64,000 nucleotides of DNA from Eledone cirrhosa (lineage: Eukaryota). The notes beneath the pieces are model-generated. The model saw only the letters and a program-made list of their open reading frames with translations, searched no databases and had not been told where the DNA came from. Within the stretch, counting starts at the first letter, position 1. Each line of letters opens with the position of its first letter. The stretch spans positions 153,512,001 through 153,576,000 of the forward strand of contig OZ024741.1 of NCBI GenBank assembly GCA_964016885.1, written 5' to 3'. Of the stretch, positions 57,166 through 64,000 are shown one piece after another. The translations under genes were made by a program, and so were the position numbers.

Positions 57166-57574
57166 ATGACGTCATTGCTGATAAACATAATCCGCAACAG
57201 TAGAGAAAGAAATAAAAGTGGTCCTTTTGATATAATTATCCAAATATTAACTTTAAAATTAACTGGATAGAGCATAATCGGAATGATATTTTCAATTTGA
57301 ATATATCTCGGAGTAAAATAAAAGGAGAGTAAAGTGAATTTGAAGTGTCAACACCCTCTTTGTTTTTAATATCGGCTTTACAGTTTTGCAGGATTTATAG
57401 ACTATTCTTTAGAAGGATGGAGGCTATTTACTTCCTCAAGAAATTGACATGTAATTGACTGAGCATTCCACACATACGTGTACCTTTAATGTATTTCTCG
57501 GGCGGAATCAGTGCGGTGTTTGAATCAAGCTGGTGTTTGAGTTACATTTTGGCACACTTCAACCCCCCCCCCCC

Positions 57575-57613
<39 letters not shown>

Positions 57614-57639
57614 ACTTTTTTTCTTCTTTCTTCTTCTTC

Positions 57640-59600
57640 ACACACGCACGCGCGCAATCAAGACGTCCATTCTTACACTAATCAAGCCCTTCGCAAACCC
57701 GCAGCCGTCACCACATCACCATCCACTTTCAAGATGCCAGCCAGTGTTTCAGCTCGAATGACAAAATGTTAACACCCACGTTGCTGAACAGCGCACCAAT
57801 CCCAAATCGTCCACCCCAACCCCTACCAGCACATGCGCTACTATCAACAGGCGGAAGAGAGGCCAGAACTGTTCAACATGCGACAGTTTCCATCACCTCT
57901 CTTGGGTCGGCCTGACATGTAAAACCTCGAACAGACTCCCAACATGGAGATGCAGCAGCTGCCTCTTCTCTCCTGCTCAGCAGTAGTGTTCAGACGACAC
58001 AGTATGACTGTCCGACGACCAGCCCTCACTAGTCAATATCGCTCGGTTCGGTTGGCTTCGTAAGATCCCCTCAAGATCCTGAAAACAGACCGGGTGTCAG
58101 TGACCAATGCCCTCGCAGCCTCATTCTGCAAAGCCTTGGACTCCGATCGACACAGCGATTGGGAGTGATTGTTTTATTTCGCTCCACTCGCCCTCGGTCT
58201 CCCCAACTCTGGTGCTGATCGAGGCGGTTTGTCGACAGTAGTCCTGGTTAAGACCGACATCTCGACCTTCGGGCAGATGTCCGTATCCAGTGTATCTGAG
58301 CGGGCCACGCTCCACACAATCGAGTGCCCGCGGTACTCCACTCCTGATGCTAGCTCAATGCGTTTAAGCGACCTCGTAAACGCCAAACCTATCGAGGGTG
58401 ATATCTTAGCTGCTGTTAGAGTAGTCGCCTCCGACGACACCGTCCACCGAGGAGGTTTTTGCTACTCTAGACTCAAACATCCTGAGCCTCCTTCAGACCT
58501 CAGACACATACACCCACCTGACCCTCAACCACTTTACGTGTCCTCCGAGGAGGACATCATCTCTGCCCTGAGATCTATCCCTGTCAGCAGCAGCAGAGGC
58601 GCTGAAGGTCTCCGACCCAACCACCTCAAAGACTTGGTGTCCCCACTTATTACCGAAGCCGAGCGCCGACTGCTGAGAGCTATCGTAGCCCTCACCAACA
58701 GATTTATTCACGGCGCCCTGAACCCTTATTCCCGAGGCCTCTTCTTTTCGGCCCACCTCACCGCTCTCAAGAAGAAAAACGGTGGAGTACGCCTCGTCAC
58801 AGTGGGAAACGTCATCCGGAGGCTCGCAGGCAAGAATATCTGCAAGTTTGTTGCACCTGAATTAGGCGAGGAACTCAGCCCGGTGCAATTCATCAACAAC
58901 TAGACAATTCATCAACAACTGTCCCCCTGAGCCTGTGCCGAGTGATTCTAGGCATCTCATCGTCAAGCTTGACATGAGAAACGCCTTCAACTATCTGCGC
59001 TGCAACCACATGAACGAGCTTGCCTGAACCGTGCCTCGTCCGCCTACCCATTGGCATACCTGTCTTACTGGTCCCCGAACATTCTCATTACTGTGGACAA
59101 CATCATATGATCCTCAACTGGCGTCCAACAAGGTGATCCATTGGACCCCTCCTTTTCGCTCTCAGAGTGGACAGCGTTGCACGGAGTATTACCTTTCCTC
59201 TTAACATCAGATACCTGGAGGATGCGACGATAGGCGGTCCTGCAGAGAACATCTGTTAGGATCTTCAATCAGTAGTTCTCGCTTTGGCGAGGATCGACTT
59301 CGAGATCAACTCGTCCAAGTCAGAAGTCATGAACGTCAATTATGACGCACAGTGCTTCGCGCCCTCCGTCTCGGACGTGCGATGATCACTCCATCAGGTG
59401 CAAGTGACCCCTAAGGAAAAGGTTCTTATCCTCAGTTCGCCGATCCTCCCGCCTGAGTGGCGCCCACTCAGCACTCTTTCTGTTGAAGAACTGCTTCGCC
59501 GTGCCGAAGCTATTATACACCTTCCGCAGTGCCCCTTGCTACAGTCAAGCATCTCTCCTCACAGATCTCGACATCTGCATCCGACGGGCTGCTAAGGAGA
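57640..59600 (+). mobile_element. Decayed CRE-clade-like non-LTR retrotransposon (RT, with an N-terminal PHD-like finger)
   Basis: GC-rich island. SRGAEGLRPNHLKDL, LTALKKKNGGVRLVTVGNVIRRLAGK, VKLDMRNAFN, TGVQQGDPL and YLED. Contains frameshifts and a small tandem duplication at 58886-58920. Confidence 0.7.
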
Positions 59601-59619
59601 GTTGTCACAGATAGACTTT

Positions 59620-60560
59620 TTTAACCGTTGTTCTTGAAGAGATAAATTATAGATGCATCTCTGAAGTCTTGAGCTACATGTTCGACCAACCAGATTTCCA
59701 GAAATAGCTGAAGCTTACAAACCAACATATTTGAAAACTTCAGATGGGATACCATCTTTGTCAGGGGCTTTATTGAATGACAGTTGCTTGATAGCGACTT
59801 ATATTTCATTCAAGTTTAGATCGAATGCCAATTCGAGTATCTCTGGCCTTTGTGGAATAGATGATATTATATCTTCATATACGTTTGACTCGGCATCTAG
59901 GACTATTTTCAAAGTGTTTTTCAATCATATGGTTGAACCATCAGGAGATAGAACCGGATTTGACCTGCTCTCCCTCGGAGTATACACTGCCTTCAAATTA
60001 TTATAAAAGGCGCTTGAGCCCTTTTTATCAACAGCATCTTGTAGTTCAGCTGCTTTAGCTTCCCACCAGACATCCTTCATCTTTCTAAATGAGGACTGTG
60101 CCAGCTGATTACAATATTTAAAGACTTTCTCTTTAATTATTGAGTTTGTATCTCCAATCCAAAGCCTATGTAGGTTGTGCATCTTGCTGATAATGTTCTG
60201 GACGTTTAAGTTGTTTTCATCTAACCAGTCCTGGTGTTTTCTCGTCTTTGAGCGTTTTCCAGGAAGCCTCAATGTCACCAGAAATCTGGACAGATTTGAG
60301 GGATGAGTCAAGTTTTGCAGAAAGTTCCAGCCTTCTAGCAATGGATTCAAAGAACCTACATCAACCTTGGGTGAGATAGGATGCTATTGAAGACGCCTTT
60401 TTGGAGGAAGATTGAATGAAACCTTACTATACAGTGCATGATCCGAGAGATATCAAGAAGAGTGAAAAGATTGAGTGATTTAGAAATCCTTTAGGTCACG
60501 TCTTTGTGTGATGAAATAGTTAATCATGTGCCAATCCTTGGATCTAGGATGCATTCGTGT
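59620..60560 (-). mobile_element. RTE-clade LINE remnant (APE end, linker, start of RT)
   Basis: RKHQDWLDENN, RKMKDVWWEAKAAELQ, NKAPDKDGIPSEVFK and QDFRDASIIYLFKN. Confidence 0.8.
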
Positions 60561-60869
60561 TGTCTTATGGTTTGCAGGTTGTTGAAAAAAAATATATTAG
60601 TGATGTTAAAATCAGATTCTTTGCAGAATGTTCTAAGCTATGTTTAGCAACTAACTGTATTTACAGCTATTTTCTGCGCCTGAGTGTTTTTACATTTTCT
60701 ATGAACATCATAATTTCTCAGCGCTTCGAAAGTTCAAACTTTGCATACGATTTTGTTCTCATTTCAAAGCCGTTTCATTTAGTTTTTTATTTAGAGTAAT
60801 TGTTATCAGAGGCCAGTCAGCCGCCATCTGAAAAATATGGAGTTAACGTAGAATAGATGTTCGCCTGGT

Positions 60870-61325
60870 TTATGAAAAGGTTAATATAGACTGGACGAGG
60901 TTTAAATTTACATCAAAAAAGTTCATAGCTTTATTATTAGTGTCTATAGTTATTGTTAAGTTATACTCCCTAAAGAATGTATGTAAAGGTTTTTTTTACT
61001 TAGCTCAAGATTTCTACTATTTCTACTAATAGTGAAGAGGGCATCATCACGATATAAGCCTTCTTCAAAAGATGGAAAAATACCTTTAAGTTTATTTAGT
61101 AAGAAAATACCTACTAAATCGGTGACTTGAACTGAATTACTTGAACCCATAGTAATATCGCAATTACTAGGGCGGTTTTACGGGTCCAAAGACAGCTATC
61201 AAATTCAATTATGGTCTTGCTATCTATTGGTATTATATTAATTTCTGTCCTGTTAAATTGCTAGCACTTTTACTCATAATTAAGGCCCTGTTTAAGAGAT
61301 TATGGGAGATAGAGGAGTAATAAGA
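60870..61325 (-). mobile_element. Penelope-like RT fragment
   Basis: MGSSNSVQVTDLVGIFLL..GLYRDDAL (catalytic YRDD), with NFFDVNLN downstream. Confidence 0.8.
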
Positions 61326-61358
61326 AGTTAGGTGATTATAATGGAAGTTTCCATTATA

Positions 61359-61397
<39 letters not shown>

Positions 61398-61492
61398 TGA
61401 TTATAATGGAAACTTCCACTACTACTTTTGGTAAGGTGAGAGAATGCACGTTAAAATCCTCAACTCGTAAGGAATTTAAAACACCTCATTTT

Positions 61493-61570
<78 letters not shown>

Positions 61571-61692
61571 AAAATGAGGTTTTTTTAAATAAAAAAAAAC
61601 GAGATGTCCTACACGGGTGAAAGAACTGTGAAACCGGTAAGGAAATAAATGTTCTTAAAAAGAGTCCAGTTGCATTTTCGATTTCTTTGCCT

Positions 61693-61783
<91 letters not shown>

Positions 61784-62649
61784 TCTGTGATACTGAGACC
61801 AATAATCATGGGAGTACACAATACATGGGGAGAAGCAGAATGAGTATAGAGTTATGTAAAATCCCGACCACCGCACCAATCGGTTTCGGCTTGTATGTTC
61901 AGTGAGCCTTTACGAGGGTGTAGTAATATTTGTAGGGTGTGAAAAAATAGGTCACCAGTCTTGGTAGTACTTTGGTAGTAAACTAGTCTGATGAAGAAAT
62001 TGGGGTAGGGGCAGAGAATGATAAGTGTATGTATATATGTATGTATATACCATTTATTTTAGGTTGTTTACCAATGGGTAGAACTTGTGATTCCGGTTAG
62101 TAAACGATGATGCAATAAATCAAAATACTGAACGTTATGCAAATCATCAATCGTAGATGTAGCGACCCATGGCTGGTGCAGGAATGGAGTTAAATATTCG
62201 GAGATGGTTTACCGCTACAATAACACCGAATTGGCAGGCCATCCTCGAATCAAATCGGTTCTCTGTTTTCTATTCTCTGTTTTTGTTGGCCGTAATCATG
62301 TTATCTTATATAACTAATTCTACAATTAACACCTGATGAAATCGCCTAAGTCTTACATCATGATCGGATGATGAAACTGAGCCATTAAAATATGTATAGT
62401 GTTTTCGCGGAATTATAATTCTAAAGAAAGTTTCCAGTCCGGCCTTCTGTTGTTTTTAACGAATATGTATAATATATATGTGTATGTGTGTGTGTGTGTG
62501 CGTGTATGTATGTATATGTGTATATACATATATATATATATATATGTGTGTGTGTATATATATATTTGTATGTGTATACATATACATATATATATATGTG
62601 TATACATATACATATATATATATATGTGTGTGTGTATATATATATATAT

Positions 62650-64000
62650 AACTTTGAATAACTTTGAAATGTTTTGGCCAGTATTGGCCCAGGCCATGTC
62701 TAACTTAATAGCACCACCTGGCGAAGTCTTTCAATTCAGGATTTGGGCACCATGGCCCATTCGAGAAGAGAATTACTGTTTGCGGAGACATATCCGGGTG
62801 TGGGTGGTTTGTCCGGGATTACTTGGAGGAATTTGTCCAAAGACTTCTTGAATTTTGTGTGGTCAGTTTCTGTTTTGACGTGTCCTGGTGTGATGTTGAA
62901 GAGAGCAGGGCCGATTGAGGTGAAATAATTGTGCCGTATTGTTGTTATGAGTTGCGATTTAGATTTTTGAATGGGACGGATAGCACGGGGCCCAAGCCTT
63001 GGGTGTATCTTGAAGGCGATGCCAACATCATTTGGGCAGTGATGATGGAACATTTTCCACATCATGCAGATAATATAACGCTCACGGCGACGTTGGAGTG
63101 AGTAAAGTTTCAGGTTTTCCAATCGACCCCAGTAGTCAAGGTCTGACATGCCATCTATCTTTTTCGTGATTGCCCTTTGAGGAGCTTCAAGTTTCATGAT
63201 ACTTTGTTTCGTGTGGGGAGACCACAGTGGACAACAGTATTCAAGGTGTGGTCGGGCGAAAGTAGAGAAGAGAAGGATAATGGTGCGGGAATCTCTCGAC
63301 TGGAAGGTTCTGAGGATCCAGGAACACATTCTGCGGGCCATGTCAACTTTGCTGCTTATATGCGTGGTCCAGCTTATGTTGCTGTCCACGGTTACTCCCA
63401 AGTCTCTGATGTTGTTAGATGCCACGAGAGTTTCCCCGGAGGGAAGGGAGTACGGGAGTTTCAGAGCATCCTCTTTTCCAAAGTGGATCAGTTCGAATTT
63501 GTCTTCGTTCAGTAACATGTTGTTCTTTTCTGCCCATTGGGTAACAGCCAGTAGGTCTGACTGAAGGCTTATCCGGTCATCCACGCCATTGATGACCTTT
63601 TGGAGCTTGGAATCATCAGCGAAAATTTTAATGTTGCTGTGTTTGATGATGTCAGTGATGTCATTAATATAGATGATGAAGAGAAGTGGGCCCAACACAG
63701 TGCCTTGTGGGACTCCACTACTGACTTTGGCTGGGCTTGATTTGACTCCCTCAACTACAACATGTTGGGTTCTGTTTGACAGGAAGCTCTTGATCCACTG
63801 CAGCAGCTTTCCAGTGACACCAATATTGGACAGCTTTCTCAGTAGAATGTTATGATCAACCCTGTCAAAGGCCTTGCTGAAATCAAGGTAGATAACATCA
63901 GTGTTGGAACCCTCTCCCAAGGCTCTCAAAATGTCATCAAAGTGATGCAGTAGTTGCGTCAGGCAATCCCTTCCATTACGGAATCCATGCTGGTTGGAGT
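62650..64000 (-). mobile_element. CR1-group LINE, 3' portion with an uninterrupted RT ORF (continues beyond the window)
   Basis: Open frame from the window end to the stop at 62736: QHGFR, YLDFSKAFDRVDH, SGVPQGTVLGPLLF, FADD, RDLGV, RPHLEYC and LYSLQRRRER. Short 3' UTR with a (TTCAAAGTTA)2 tail running into (TA)n. Confidence 0.92.

Noticed and set aside
56599-57275. Hydrophobic L/F/S-rich ORFs resembling membrane proteins
   Set aside because: Translation of a pyrimidine-rich low-complexity strand.

Overview
AT-rich eukaryotic genomic DNA, most likely from a coleoid cephalopod (probably an octopus). That assignment is inferred from the protein sequence and the SINE and microsatellite landscape. 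The only host gene is a + strand G-protein alpha-q subunit (Gq/GNAQ): coding exons 2-8 lie at 9289-35779 and exon 1 lies upstream of the window. The main finding is a tandem pair of homologous 108-nt exons (31967-32074 and 32131-32238) separated by only 56 nt. One encodes the canonical Gq alpha4/beta6/TCAT segment. The other encodes the divergent segment I recall from the squid photoreceptor Gq. They look like mutually exclusive exons that switch the receptor-contact surface. The rest of the window is transposon debris (RTE, CR1-group, CRE-like and Penelope-like retroelements, tRNA-derived SINEs, mariner, Tc2/pogo and TTAA MITEs, Helitrons), very large TA/TG microsatellites and several inverted repeats. 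Most long ORFs in the supplied track are microsatellite artefacts. TE boundaries are approximate and family names come from motif recognition by eye, not database searches.
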